Source: an uncultured Oscillospiraceae bacterium (GTDB taxonomy: Bacteria; Bacillota; Clostridia; Saccharofermentanales; Saccharofermentanaceae). From it: a stretch of 64,000 nt of DNA. Within the stretch, counting starts at the first letter, position 1; the number at the start of each line of letters is the position of its first letter. The stretch is taken from contig CAZCTO010000007.1 of NCBI GenBank assembly GCA_964501725.1, positions 10,264 through 74,263 on the forward strand. The letters run 5' to 3'. This document shows, in pieces, positions 50,162 to 60,370 of the stretch. Position numbers and translations under genes: made by a program. The notes under the pieces were generated by a model. The model ran no database searches. It had not been told where the DNA came from and saw only the letters and a program-made list of their open reading frames with translations.

Positions 50162-51154
50162 GTGCGGTTTTTTGCGGAATACTTGACTCGAAAAAGGAAG
50201 TCGATCCTGACTTTTGTCCTGTTTTCCGCGATATTTTGCGTTTCTTTTGCTTTATACCGGCTTCCCATGGCGGCGGTATGGTACCCGGTTCTGATCTGCG
50301 CGGTGATCGGCCTTGTGATCCTGCTTTTTGATGTAAATAAAGCATATCAAAAGCACAAGAAGCTTCGCGAATTGCTCGCGCTTCAGTCCGAACTCCTGAC
50401 CCGCTTTCCCGAGCCGGTGACGCAGGATGATGAGGACTACCAGGCGATTATAGGGATGCTCCGGGACGAGCAACTCCGGCGGGCAAACGTGGCGGAAGAG
50501 CGTTTTTCGGAAATGATGGATTACTATACACTTTGGGCGCATCAGATTAAGACGCCCATTGCCTCCATGCGACTTCAATTGCAAAACGACGAGACCGAAA
50601 CTGCCAGGAACCTCCTTGAGGATCTTTTCCGGATTGAGCAGTATGTTGAAATGGTGCTTTGTTATCTGCGACTTGATTCGACTTCGACGGATTATGTTTT
50701 CCGGCAGATCGCTTTGGATGATGTCATCAAGCAGGCCGTGAAAAAGTACGCCGCTTTGTTTATCCGCCGTAAAATCAGTTTGCGGTATGAGCCGACGGAA
50801 CTTCTGGTAACGACCGACGAGAAGTGGCTTGCGTTTGTTATTGAACAGGTTCTTTCAAATTCACTGAAATATACGCCGCCCGGCGGAACGATTACCGTGG
50901 GGAGCGAACAGGGCAGCATTCTTTACATCCGTGATAACGGGATCGGCATCGCTCCGGATGATTTGCCGCGGATTTTCGAGAAGGGATATACCGGCAAAAC
51001 CGGACGGACGGATATGAAAGCGAGCGGTATCGGGCTCTACCTGTGTCGCAGAATTTGTAAGAATCTGGGGCATGCCATCAGCGCGGAATCAACCCCGGAT
51101 CATGGGACATTGATCCGAATTGATCTGGCTCAGAATCATCCGGAAATCGAGTGA
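50162..51154 (+). CDS. Intramembrane-sensing histidine kinase (BceS-like)
   Basis: Two N-terminal TM helices with a minimal loop, H-box, HATPase_c (GIGLYLCRRI); GTG start. Confidence 0.8.
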   Translation: MRFFAEYLTRKRKSILTFVLFSAIFCVSFALYRLPMAAVWYPVLICAVIGLVILLFDVNKAYQKHKKLRELLALQSELLTRFPEPVTQDDEDYQAIIGMLRDEQLRRANVAEERFSEMMDYYTLWAHQIKTPIASMRLQLQNDETETARNLLEDLFRIEQYVEMVLCYLRLDSTSTDYVFRQIALDDVIKQAVKKYAALFIRRKISLRYEPTELLVTTDEKWLAFVIEQVLSNSLKYTPPGGTITVGSEQGSILYIRDNGIGIAPDDLPRIFEKGYTGKTGRTDMKASGIGLYLCRRICKNLGHAISAESTPDHGTLIRIDLAQNHPEIE

Positions 51155-51188
51155 CGCTGCGGAGGGGGAATCAGAGCCGTCTTACGAT

Positions 51189-51216
51189 AATGTAATCTCA
51201 AAGCAGGGAAATGTAA
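51189..51216 (+). promoter_or_regulatory. Direct repeat AATGTAA-N14-AATGTAA; candidate response-regulator binding site upstream of the ABC genes
   Basis: Repeats at 51189 and 51210 (21-bp spacing), ~70 nt upstream of the ABC ATPase start. Confidence 0.4.
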
Positions 51217-51286
51217 GTCGAATCGCTACCGGCGCGTTTCTCTTTTTTGTTACATTCAGTGTAGTCAAAACATGGGGAGGACCAAT

Positions 51287-52051
51287 ATGAGTATTCTGGA
51301 AGTAACAGGATTAAAGAAAACATACACGACGCGCTTCGGCGGTAACAAGGTCGAAGCGCTGAAAAACGTCTCTTTTAACGTGGAAAAGGGCGAGTACGTC
51401 GCCATCATGGGCGAATCCGGCTCGGGGAAAACAACGCTTTTAAATATCGTCGCCTCGCTCGACAAGCCGACCGGCGGGACGATTCGGCTGGACAACAGTG
51501 ATCTTTCGAGTATCAAGGAAGCGGCCGTCGCGGCGTTCCGCAGGGACAACCTCGGCTTCGTTTTTCAGGAATTTAACCTCTTGGACACGTTCTCGGTCGA
51601 GGACAATATTTTCCTGCCGCTCGTGCTGGCAGGGCAATCATATCCTGAGATGAAAAAGAAACTGGACCCGGTTGCCGCGCAGCTCCACATTACGGATATC
51701 CTGAAAAAATACCCCTACGAGATTTCCGGCGGACAGAGACAGCGAGTCGCTGTGGCGCGCGCGATCATTACTTCGCCCAAACTGATCCTTGCGGACGAGC
51801 CGACCGGCGCGCTGGACTCGAAGTCGACCGACGAGCTTCTGCGGCTTTTCGGGGAAATCAACCGGACGGGGCAGACGATTCTTATGGTCACGCACTCGGT
51901 CAAGGCCGCCAGCCACGCAGGACGCGTGCTTTTTATTAAAGACGGCGAGGTCTTCCATCAGATTTACCGCGGAGACAATAGCAACGAGGAACTGTATCAG
52001 AAAATCTCACAAACGCTCACGATACTGGCGACGGGTGGTGAGGGCAAATGA
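51287..52051 (+). CDS. ABC transporter ATP-binding protein (BceA/MacB-ATPase-like)
   Basis: Walker [10 protein letters not shown], signature [14 protein letters not shown], Walker B LILADEPT; ATG after RBS GGGGAGG. Confidence 0.85.
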   Translation: MSILEVTGLKKTYTTRFGGNKVEALKNVSFNVEKGEYVAIMGESGSGKTTLLNIVASLDKPTGGTIRLDNSDLSSIKEAAVAAFRRDNLGFVFQEFNLLDTFSVEDNIFLPLVLAGQSYPEMKKKLDPVAAQLHITDILKKYPYEISGGQRQRVAVARAIITSPKLILADEPTGALDSKSTDELLRLFGEINRTGQTILMVTHSVKAASHAGRVLFIKDGEVFHQIYRGDNSNEELYQKISQTLTILATGGEGK

Positions 52052-54096
52052 ACATCGGGTTTTACGGGCGGCTGGCCAGCGACGGCATCCGCAAAAATAA
52101 GCGACTCTATATTCCATACATCCTCACCTGTGTCGGTATGGTGATGATGTTCTATATTATTTCATTTCTGTCTACTCATAAACTTCTGGACGTGATGAAA
52201 AGCGGCGGAAGAACAATGAAGCAAATTCTTTATCTCGGATGGTGGGTTATCGGGATTTTTGCCGTTTTCTTTCTCTTTTACACCCATTCGTTTCTGGTAC
52301 GACGCCGGAAAAAGGAATTCGGCCTCTTTAACATTCTCGGAATGGGAAAGCGCCATCTCGCCCGCGTCCTTTTGTTCGAAAACCTGATCCTTTCTGCCGT
52401 ATCGATCGGAGGCGGCCTGGCTTTAGGTATCCTCTTTTCGAAATTCGCCGAGCTTGCAATGGTTAATCTCCTGGACGAAAAAATAACTTTCAGTTATTCA
52501 ATCAGTCTGATTGCGGTGCGTAACACCTCGCTATTTTTTCTCGGCATTTTCACACTCATTTTTTTCGACACACTTCGGCAAATACATCTGTCCAAGCCCA
52601 TCGAACTGCTCGGAAGCGAAACGACCGGTGAGAAACAGCCTAAAACACGATGGATTATGGCGGCACTCGGCATCATTCTCATTGTTTCTGCATATGTGAT
52701 TTCTATATCCATCCAAAAACCGCTGCTGGCCATGCAGACGTTTTTCGTTGCTGTAATCATGGTCATTGTCGGAACGTACCTCTTATTTATTGCGGCATCC
52801 GTTGCTCTCTGCAAAATCCTCCGAAGCATCAAATCCTATTACTATCGGACCAATCATTTTGTATCTGTTTCCTCAATGGCGTATCGAATGAAAAGAAACG
52901 GTGCCGGACTTGCGACGATCTGCATTCTTTGCACGATGGTACTGGTCATGGTTTCTTCGACACTGTGTCTGAATCTGGGGCAGGAGAAGCTGCTTCGAAC
53001 CCTGTGCCCCAGAGATTTCAATGTTCAAATATTGGGCAGAGAAGTTAAGTTTCTCGAAAATGACCGTGAGGATGTAATTGATATAATCAATGAGTCAGCC
53101 GGCGAACATGACGTGAATCCGGAAAGCATCCTGGACTATTATTCGGCACGGCTTGATGGTGTAATGGAGGGAAGTTATCTCAATACTAATAAGACGATTG
53201 ATTATTATGACAACGAGAATAGCTGGGTCATGATTGTGATCTCTCTCGAGGACTATAATCGGCTGACTGATTCCAAAGAGTCACTTGCGCCCGGGGAAAT
53301 GATCATCCATACGACCAAAGCCAGGTACTCGTTTGATCAGATTTCTGTCGGAGATGCCGGAACATATCAAATCAAGAAACATGTCTCCAAGTTTGTTCCC
53401 GAAGGCAGGGAAGAAGTATTTATTAATCCGTCTATGTATGCTGTTGTCCCGGACCTTAAGAGCTTTGTTGAACCCGTGATTCAAGCAAATATGGAAAAGA
53501 ATTATCCCAAACTGATTTTAAATTTCAATTATGCGTTTGACACAGGCGGAAGTGATGCGCTCCAGACCCGTTTATACAAGACAATAACGGAGAAAATTGA
53601 AGAGAAAACAGTTGCTGCGGCTGAGTCGGATCAGGATTGGCAATTGATAAGTGTTATGGCGTTGGCAGGCCTCCGCTCCGCGATTCATGAAATATATGGA
53701 GGTTTGTTTTTCCTTGGCATTCTCCTTGCGATTGTATTCATGTTTGCGACAGTCCTGATCATCTACTACAAGCAAATTTCGGAAGGATACGAGGATCGGG
53801 AGCGATTTGATATCATGCAGAAGGTCGGTATGACCCGAAAGGAAATTAAAAAAACCGTCAATTCTCAGGTGCTGACTGTCTTTTTCCTTCCGCTCATCAT
53901 CGCCGGACTTCATCTCGCCTTCGCGTTCCCGCTCGTGTCGAAGATCTTGAAACTCATCCTGATGATTGCTGACGTTCCTTTTCTGATCATGGTCACTATC
54001 GGTTGCTTCCTCATCTTCGGACTATTGTATATCTTCGTTTACCGGGTCACATCCCGGGCTTACTTCAAAATCGTCAGCGACGGGCAGAGAGAATAA
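52048..54096 (+). CDS. FtsX-like ABC permease with large extracellular domain (BceB-like, 10 TM)
   Basis: 682-aa; 4 TM, ~210-aa extracellular loop, then 6 TM; FtsX-type motifs; overlaps the ATPase stop. Confidence 0.8.
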   Translation: MNIGFYGRLASDGIRKNKRLYIPYILTCVGMVMMFYIISFLSTHKLLDVMKSGGRTMKQILYLGWWVIGIFAVFFLFYTHSFLVRRRKKEFGLFNILGMGKRHLARVLLFENLILSAVSIGGGLALGILFSKFAELAMVNLLDEKITFSYSISLIAVRNTSLFFLGIFTLIFFDTLRQIHLSKPIELLGSETTGEKQPKTRWIMAALGIILIVSAYVISISIQKPLLAMQTFFVAVIMVIVGTYLLFIAASVALCKILRSIKSYYYRTNHFVSVSSMAYRMKRNGAGLATICILCTMVLVMVSSTLCLNLGQEKLLRTLCPRDFNVQILGREVKFLENDREDVIDIINESAGEHDVNPESILDYYSARLDGVMEGSYLNTNKTIDYYDNENSWVMIVISLEDYNRLTDSKESLAPGEMIIHTTKARYSFDQISVGDAGTYQIKKHVSKFVPEGREEVFINPSMYAVVPDLKSFVEPVIQANMEKNYPKLILNFNYAFDTGGSDALQTRLYKTITEKIEEKTVAAAESDQDWQLISVMALAGLRSAIHEIYGGLFFLGILLAIVFMFATVLIIYYKQISEGYEDRERFDIMQKVGMTRKEIKKTVNSQVLTVFFLPLIIAGLHLAFAFPLVSKILKLILMIADVPFLIMVTIGCFLIFGLLYIFVYRVTSRAYFKIVSDGQRE

Positions 54097-54131
54097 GGGA
54101 TACGAAAAGCGGTCCTATCTTAAAAAGAAAA

Positions 54132-54171
54132 GCACCCCAAACATCAGACAGAAGTCTGATGTTTGGGGTGC
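54132..54171. terminator. Bidirectional terminator (18-bp perfect stem, AGAA loop)
   Basis: GCACCCCAAACATCAGAC-AGAA-GTCTGATGTTTGGGGTGC flanked by an A-run and T-rich sequence, between convergent genes. Confidence 0.7.
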
Positions 54172-54186
54172 TAAACTATGAGCGAA

Positions 54187-55359
54187 TTACGTTTGCTTAG
54201 CGGCGGCCGGGCCGGTAATTCGCGCCCGTTTCTTAATGTAGATGATCGTGCCGCCCGCTATTTCGATGATAACAAGACTGAAGATTGAGACATTAAAAAG
54301 ATTGGTATAGAGGTCAATCTGATTGATTTCCTCGGCAGTATACAAAGTATATGAATGCTTATCCTTTCCATTCGATTCACCGTGTGCCTGAACATAACCG
54401 GAATTGAAATAGTCATAATTTTCTGAAAATTGGTCCATTTCCTCAGCACTGTTAAAATGAATTGTAGTTCCCCCGACATTATTTCTAAACGCTTCTCCTA
54501 CTTCATAACGAATAGCTTCATAAGTGTAAAGAGTCATCCATATGAGAAGTGCCGTCACGATTACGGTTATGATACTCAGCCGGAAAAATCTTTTCTTGAT
54601 TATCCCTTCTTTTTCGCTGATGAAGTAAGTTCCGTTACGGATAAGATGGGAGCGAATTGCCCGGATTACTACCAGACATATCGCAAGGGGAACAACAGAA
54701 CAATACAGACCGTATTTTATCCATGTATAGGGATCAAAGTATATTCCGTCGAGTCCGACATCAGAGAAATAAATAAGCGGAAGACAGAAGAATATTGTGA
54801 CAATATTTAAGGTGATAATGAATTGAATAATTTGAACCATTTTATATTTATATGGACTGTGAAGCGGAGCGGAGAACTCGTCTTCGTCGATTTTCGAGTA
54901 TGACAGGATAAACAACACGATTTCAAAGATGATCGCTGCGGCAAAAAACGCACTTCCGATAAATAAGGCAACATTACAGCGCCCATAGACTTTTGTCACA
55001 AACAGTACGGCCAGAAATCCGAGAACAGTGATGCCGACGGAGATCATACTGAGTGCCTTAAACCGGGTTGCCGTGCTTTTGAGGATTCGTTCGATTTGCT
55101 TCTCGGTCTTGGGATCGCTTCGATCTCCCTTAGTGTCCGGATCAATTAGGATTCGCTCTCCGCGAATAATCTCCTCGGATGTCACTCCGAGGATCTCTGC
55201 GATCGCCGGAATCAGGCTTAAATCCGGGGCGCACTCGTCGCGCTCCCATCGGCTGACCGCCTTGTCGGACACATTCAGTTTTTCGGCGAGCGCTCGTTGG
55301 GTCAATCCGTTTGTTTTTCGAAGAGCGGCAATAAATGATCCGATCGTTTTCTTTTCCAT
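54187..55359 (-). CDS. XRE-family HTH regulator fused to a polytopic membrane domain
   Basis: N-terminal Cro/C1 HTH (LTQRALAEKLNVSDKAVSRWERDE), then ~6 TM helices and a C-terminal segment; ATG 55359 after RBS GGAGG. Confidence 0.65.
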   Translation of the reverse strand: MEKKTIGSFIAALRKTNGLTQRALAEKLNVSDKAVSRWERDECAPDLSLIPAIAEILGVTSEEIIRGERILIDPDTKGDRSDPKTEKQIERILKSTATRFKALSMISVGITVLGFLAVLFVTKVYGRCNVALFIGSAFFAAAIIFEIVLFILSYSKIDEDEFSAPLHSPYKYKMVQIIQFIITLNIVTIFFCLPLIYFSDVGLDGIYFDPYTWIKYGLYCSVVPLAICLVVIRAIRSHLIRNGTYFISEKEGIIKKRFFRLSIITVIVTALLIWMTLYTYEAIRYEVGEAFRNNVGGTTIHFNSAEEMDQFSENYDYFNSGYVQAHGESNGKDKHSYTLYTAEEINQIDLYTNLFNVSIFSLVIIEIAGGTIIYIKKRARITGPAAAKQT

Positions 55360-55541
55360 GAGGGGTATCCTCCGTTTATAGTGAATTTTCGATCGATCGA
55401 TTGAGATCATTCTACAATACCGGAAGAGAGAAAAGCTGACCCGAGAGCGTGATTATCTCTCGAAAACCGAGAATATGCGAAATGAAAGCAGCCTTCACGT
55501 AAAAACGAAGGCCGCTTCAAAGCACTTGAGTGTTTTCCGAC

Positions 55542-55997
55542 TTACGCTTCAGTCTTTCGCAATTCAGGCGAATCAAAAGAGAACCCGGATATAATCAAGT
55601 CATCGTTTTTCTCCGTGAAGTAAACGTTGATGGTGACATTACCGGGTTCTTTATCATATTTGGCAGTGTATGTAAATAGAAGCAATTCGGTTCCGGCATT
55701 TAAAATGCGCCGACTATCCGATAATGTGTGACTCTGATACGATCCGATGGTCCCTTCCAGTAGCTCGCTTGTTGACGTAAAGTCTGTTTCCTTCATCTGA
55801 TCAAGCATATTAGCATCAAAGTCCGCGGAAATGAGTTGATAATCATTCTGACTGATTCCCCGGATCAAATTTTCGGTGATGACTGCGGCTTGATTTTTCT
55901 CCGCTTCGGTAACGGGCCTTTTTGAGCATCCGATCAGCGCGGCACAGGTAATGACCAGGATAAGAAGAATGGATACAATTTTGAGTGTCTTTTTCAT
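55542..55997 (-). CDS. Lipoprotein, function unknown (possibly DUF3887/DUF4878-like)
   Basis: MKKTLKIVSILLILVITCAALIGCS lipobox; ~130-aa soluble domain; RBS GGAGG. Confidence 0.55.
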   Translation of the reverse strand: MKKTLKIVSILLILVITCAALIGCSKRPVTEAEKNQAAVITENLIRGISQNDYQLISADFDANMLDQMKETDFTSTSELLEGTIGSYQSHTLSDSRRILNAGTELLLFTYTAKYDKEPGNVTINVYFTEKNDDLIISGFSFDSPELRKTEA

Positions 55998-56145
55998 GTT
56001 TAATTCCTCCATAGGATGTGATATTTTTTGATCTGAACTCATCGTAAAGCATCCCCTTAGAGGAGAGTCAAGGAGCTGAGCGCAAAGAATCAGTGATTAT
56101 GTTAAACTGATCTTAATCAAGGAAAACGTTGTAAGAGGAACGATT

Positions 56146-56904
56146 TTGGATCAAGAATATTCAACCGGACAAGTCGCCCGCATCGTCGGTATTCATCCGA
56201 ACACGGTGCGTATGTATGAGGAATGGGGACTGATTCCGAAACCTTTGCGAAAACCAAACGGATACCGTGTGTTCGGAGACGAACACATCGATCAGTTCAT
56301 ATTGGCACGGACGGCATTTCAAATTGAAGTGCTGCAGAACGGACTGCGCAGGCGAATCATCGAAGTGATCAAGAAGTCGGCGGCCGGGAAATATGACGGG
56401 GCGATTCAGGAAGTAAATGAATATATCTTACTTATCGATCAAGAGAAGCAAAGGGCAAGCGAAGCGGCAGAAATCGCGACACAGATATTTAACCATATTG
56501 AGGATGACGGATCGGCGCTTTTCGGAAGGAAAGAAGTTTCGGCAATGCTCGGAATTTCGATGGAGACGCTCAGGAATTGGGAGCGAAACGGCCTTCTCAG
56601 TATCAAACGAAAAGAGAACAGGTATCGCGTCTATGATGCAAATGACATCCGGACGCTAAAAATGATCTACTCGCTTCGGTGTGCCAATTACTCATTAACG
56701 GCGATATTGCGGATGATTCATGCATTGGCTCGGGACAATAGTGAGAGCCTTTTTGAGCAGGTGAATACGCCGCGGGCCGATGAAGACATCGTGTCGGTTT
56801 GTGACCGGTTGATCCAATCGCTTGAGTCGGCCGGAGAAAACGCAGAAAGAATCCTTCGGATGCTTCAGCATATGAAAGAAAAATATTCAAACCCTCCACT
56901 ATAA
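56146..56904 (+). CDS. MerR-family regulator with two tandem MerR HTH domains
   Basis: HTH 1 (YSTGQVARIVGIHPNTVRMYEEWGLI) and HTH 2 (FGRKEVSAMLGISMETLRNWERNGLL); TTG start. Confidence 0.65.
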   Translation: MDQEYSTGQVARIVGIHPNTVRMYEEWGLIPKPLRKPNGYRVFGDEHIDQFILARTAFQIEVLQNGLRRRIIEVIKKSAAGKYDGAIQEVNEYILLIDQEKQRASEAAEIATQIFNHIEDDGSALFGRKEVSAMLGISMETLRNWERNGLLSIKRKENRYRVYDANDIRTLKMIYSLRCANYSLTAILRMIHALARDNSESLFEQVNTPRADEDIVSVCDRLIQSLESAGENAERILRMLQHMKEKYSNPPL

Positions 56905-57022
56905 CACCAGACTTTTCAGTGGTGATATTCTGAACACGCTTCAGACTCGTTGAGAGCAAGCCGGTTCAAGAAATTGATCCTGCTCGCTATTATTCTGAGC
57001 ATCATGAAAAGGAGGCGATCAG

Positions 57023-57769
57023 ATGGAGAGCGTGATTTGTGTTGAGCATTTATCGAAATCGTACGGCAATATCAAGGCGGTCGACGATTTCAGTTTCTCG
57101 GTTCGCGGTGGAACGGTCTTCGGATTACTCGGAGCGAACGGAGCCGGTAAAAGCACAGTCATCGAGTGCGTTTTGGGTACTCGAAAAGCCGACGCCGGTA
57201 CGGTTTCGGTCATGGGGATGAATCCGGCTCGTGATCGGAAGGTGCTTTTCGAGCAGGTTGGCGTACAGTTTCAGCAGACTCATTTTCAGGAAAGTATCAA
57301 GGTTTCCGAATTGTGCGAAGTGACAAGCGCGTTATATCGACAGCCGTCGGACTGCAAGGATTTGCTACGGCGGTTGGACATCGAAAACAAAGCAGACAAA
57401 CCGGTGAAGGAGCTTTCGGGCGGAGAGCAGCAGAGGCTTTTTATCGTGCTTGCGCTGATCCCAAATCCAAAAGTTGTTTTTCTGGATGAGTTGACGACCG
57501 GGCTGGATCCGCGTGCGCGACGGGGAGTCTGGAAAATCCTCGAAGATTTAAAGAAGGATGGCTTAACCATCCTGCTGACTTCCCATTATATGGACGAAGT
57601 CGAGGTTCTCTGCGATGAAATCTGCATACTAAAATCCGGTCGACCGGTATATCGCGGAACCGTCACGGACGCGATCAAGCAAAGTCCGCATGCGCGATTT
57701 GAGGATGCATACCTGTGGTTTACCGGGGAGGAAGGAGACGAAAATGAAAGCATTTGCGACAATACTTAA
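57023..57769 (+). CDS. ABC transporter ATP-binding protein
   Basis: Walker A GANGAGKST, signature LSGGEQQR, Walker B VFLDELT. Confidence 0.85.
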   Translation: MESVICVEHLSKSYGNIKAVDDFSFSVRGGTVFGLLGANGAGKSTVIECVLGTRKADAGTVSVMGMNPARDRKVLFEQVGVQFQQTHFQESIKVSELCEVTSALYRQPSDCKDLLRRLDIENKADKPVKELSGGEQQRLFIVLALIPNPKVVFLDELTTGLDPRARRGVWKILEDLKKDGLTILLTSHYMDEVEVLCDEICILKSGRPVYRGTVTDAIKQSPHARFEDAYLWFTGEEGDENESICDNT

Positions 57770-58487
57770 AACCGAATTAAAGTTATCTCTTCGCGGAATG
57801 GATATGTTGATTTTCGCGATTTTTATGCCGCTTGTGATTCTTGTCATCATCGGGCTGATTTACGGAAATAAGCCTGCGTTCGAAGGCGCAGACTACACGT
57901 TTATGGAACAATCATTCGGTGCGCTGACATCCGTTTCCATTTGCGCGGGCGGAACGATGGGTCTGCCGCTGCTTGTATCCGATTATCGAGGGAAGCAGAT
58001 TCTGAAACGATATAAAGTAACACCCGTAAGCCCGGTTACGATACTTCTTGCGGAGATATCCATGTATTTTCTGTACGCGCTTGTCTCGCTGGTTTCATTG
58101 TTTCTTGTGGTAAACGTGTTTTACAAATTTGAGTTTCGAGGGAATCCGTTCGTCTTCCTGGCCGGGTGGTTCATTGTTATCATTTCACTGTTCAGCATCG
58201 GCATCATGGTCGGCGGTATTGCCAAGAACTCGAAAAGCGCCGGTATCGTCGCTTCCCTCATCTATTTCCCGATGCTCATTTTCTCCGGAGCGACCCTACC
58301 CTATGAAGTCATGCCTTTGCCCATGCAAAAAATTATCGATGTTCTTCCGCTGACTCAGGGCATCAAAATCCTGAAGTCGACAACTTTGGGTCTGCCGACC
58401 GAAAAACTCATTATTCCGGTCATCATTATGGTTTCCATTGCGGCGATTTGCTCGTTTGTCGCGATCCGGTTTTTTAAGTGGGAGTGA
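57744..58487 (+). CDS. ABC-2 family permease
   Basis: MKAFATILKTELKLSLR... 6 TM; internal ATG chosen, overlaps the ATPase stop. Confidence 0.7.
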   Translation: MKAFATILKTELKLSLRGMDMLIFAIFMPLVILVIIGLIYGNKPAFEGADYTFMEQSFGALTSVSICAGGTMGLPLLVSDYRGKQILKRYKVTPVSPVTILLAEISMYFLYALVSLVSLFLVVNVFYKFEFRGNPFVFLAGWFIVIISLFSIGIMVGGIAKNSKSAGIVASLIYFPMLIFSGATLPYEVMPLPMQKIIDVLPLTQGIKILKSTTLGLPTEKLIIPVIIMVSIAAICSFVAIRFFKWE

Positions 58488-58743
58488 GGGATCAGATTAA
58501 AAAGCCACTTCAGTGATGTCCCGGCAAAAGCGACAGGACGCGCCGACGCCCTGTCGCTTTTGTCTGTTTGTGAATATGACTCATTTCTAATAGATAGATC
58601 TTCACACGGCTGCGTCGAGTCAAGAAAGTATTTGGAGAAAATTAATGAATGAAGGCAATCATCTTGACAACATGTAATTATTACGCATAATGATAATTAC
58701 ATGTTGTAAAGATAGTTTTTCAAATACTTCTGTGGAGGTAAAA

Positions 58744-60108
58744 ATGAAAAAGAAAATCCTGGTTCCGGTTCTTATCATAATGACAGCCATTTTTTTCCTG
58801 ACATCCTGCAATGAGACTGAAAAAGATGACGCAAAAGATTCAACGATTGCGCCGTTGACAGAGACGACACAGAAGATAACGGAGGCGACGACTACTCCAA
58901 CAGTCCCGATTTCGACACAACAGGTCGTTTTCGAAGAATACGAGCTCGATCTGAATGTCTATACGTGCAACTATTTACTGCAGGCACAAAAGGCGTTTGT
59001 ATTTGATAATGATGCGTCCGACGGCCTTCAGATGCAAGAAAAGTTTACTGAAATACAGTTGCCGGAAGGAACGGTCCTCAAGTCTTTTGACTCGATACGA
59101 GCGGAGTTAGACCCATACCCCGGGACAATGTTGTTTATGTTGGCGGACGGTCGCTGCGTGTTTTTTGATCAGGGCATCTCGGAAGACGGAAAACCGCTAT
59201 ACAACGGAAAACTGTTGAGTGATTTTGTAGGGGCTGCGAGTTATTCCTATTTCGGGGATGAAGGAGAGCCGAAGGTCGTCGAAAATTATGAGTTGCTTCC
59301 GGATACGCCTCTGGATCCTTCAATCTCACCTCGGAACATCATCATCAATGTCGATTGGGACGGAGACGGAAAGACCGATATCATTACGCGCGAACGCGCA
59401 GATGCTCAGATTTCCTGGGAGCAAACTGTCTGGTATACGGATGGGGCGACCGGAAAGAAGACTGATATAACGGACCGGTTCGCGCGCGATATAAGCGAGG
59501 AGTACATCGGACTTACTGATTCCGTGATGCTCTTTAAAGATGAAAAGACCGGGCGATACGCGCTGATCGATTGGTTGGATTTGTGCAGTTCCGATTATGC
59601 GATTTTCGTATATTCCTACGATAAAGAATCGCTAGTCACCTACACGGAATACGGTGGAATTTTTACCTATGAAAACGGAATAATGTATGAGGAAAATTAT
59701 GGCTTTATTTTCGGCAACTGCGAATTTATACGAATTCCTTTGGTTTTTGACGGGAAAAGCGTAAAGAGGGATCCTTCTGTCCGGGAATTCTGGTGGTTGG
59801 CCGCCGAAAAAGCGGAAGAGAATGGTGAGGCTCTCCCCGGCTATTTTACTTACACACTAAAGGATGTACCGGTTGAAAAAAAGACCGCGGACAGGTATGA
59901 AGACGCTGTAATCCCGGCCGGCATCGCGGTCTTTCCGAAATACTACACTTGGAATGATGATCAGGTCAGGGGTGCCGGCTACCTTTATTTTGTCCTGGCT
60001 GACGGCAGTGAGTATCGGATCGCTTTTGAACAAAATCCGAAAGACTGGAGTTGCACGTTCTTAATCGTCCCGCAAGATGAATTATTTTACTGTTCCTGGG
60101 GAGACTGA
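58744..60108 (+). CDS. Large lipoprotein, function unknown
   Basis: MKKKILVPVLIIMTAIFFLTSCNE lipobox; 455-aa soluble domain with no recognized family. Confidence 0.6.
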   Translation: MKKKILVPVLIIMTAIFFLTSCNETEKDDAKDSTIAPLTETTQKITEATTTPTVPISTQQVVFEEYELDLNVYTCNYLLQAQKAFVFDNDASDGLQMQEKFTEIQLPEGTVLKSFDSIRAELDPYPGTMLFMLADGRCVFFDQGISEDGKPLYNGKLLSDFVGAASYSYFGDEGEPKVVENYELLPDTPLDPSISPRNIIINVDWDGDGKTDIITRERADAQISWEQTVWYTDGATGKKTDITDRFARDISEEYIGLTDSVMLFKDEKTGRYALIDWLDLCSSDYAIFVYSYDKESLVTYTEYGGIFTYENGIMYEENYGFIFGNCEFIRIPLVFDGKSVKRDPSVREFWWLAAEKAEENGEALPGYFTYTLKDVPVEKKTADRYEDAVIPAGIAVFPKYYTWNDDQVRGAGYLYFVLADGSEYRIAFEQNPKDWSCTFLIVPQDELFYCSWGD

Positions 60109-60370
60109 CCGGTAATTCTTTGGCATGCATTCAATAATCAAGAACGCCGCATTTCCTTTATGTGACGAGGGGATGCGGCTTTCACATATTTAGTGGTAAG
60201 ATTTCTTTATAGAAGACTTTCTTGAAAGAGTGATTCGTTATGGGAGACAAATATACAATTATCAATGAAAGTACATGGAAGCGAGAGGTCTGCCGTTCAC
60301 TTGCTTGATGTTTTTCCCCGGACAAATCATCGCACGATTTGTCGGGTGCGGCCACCTATGAACGAGTATT

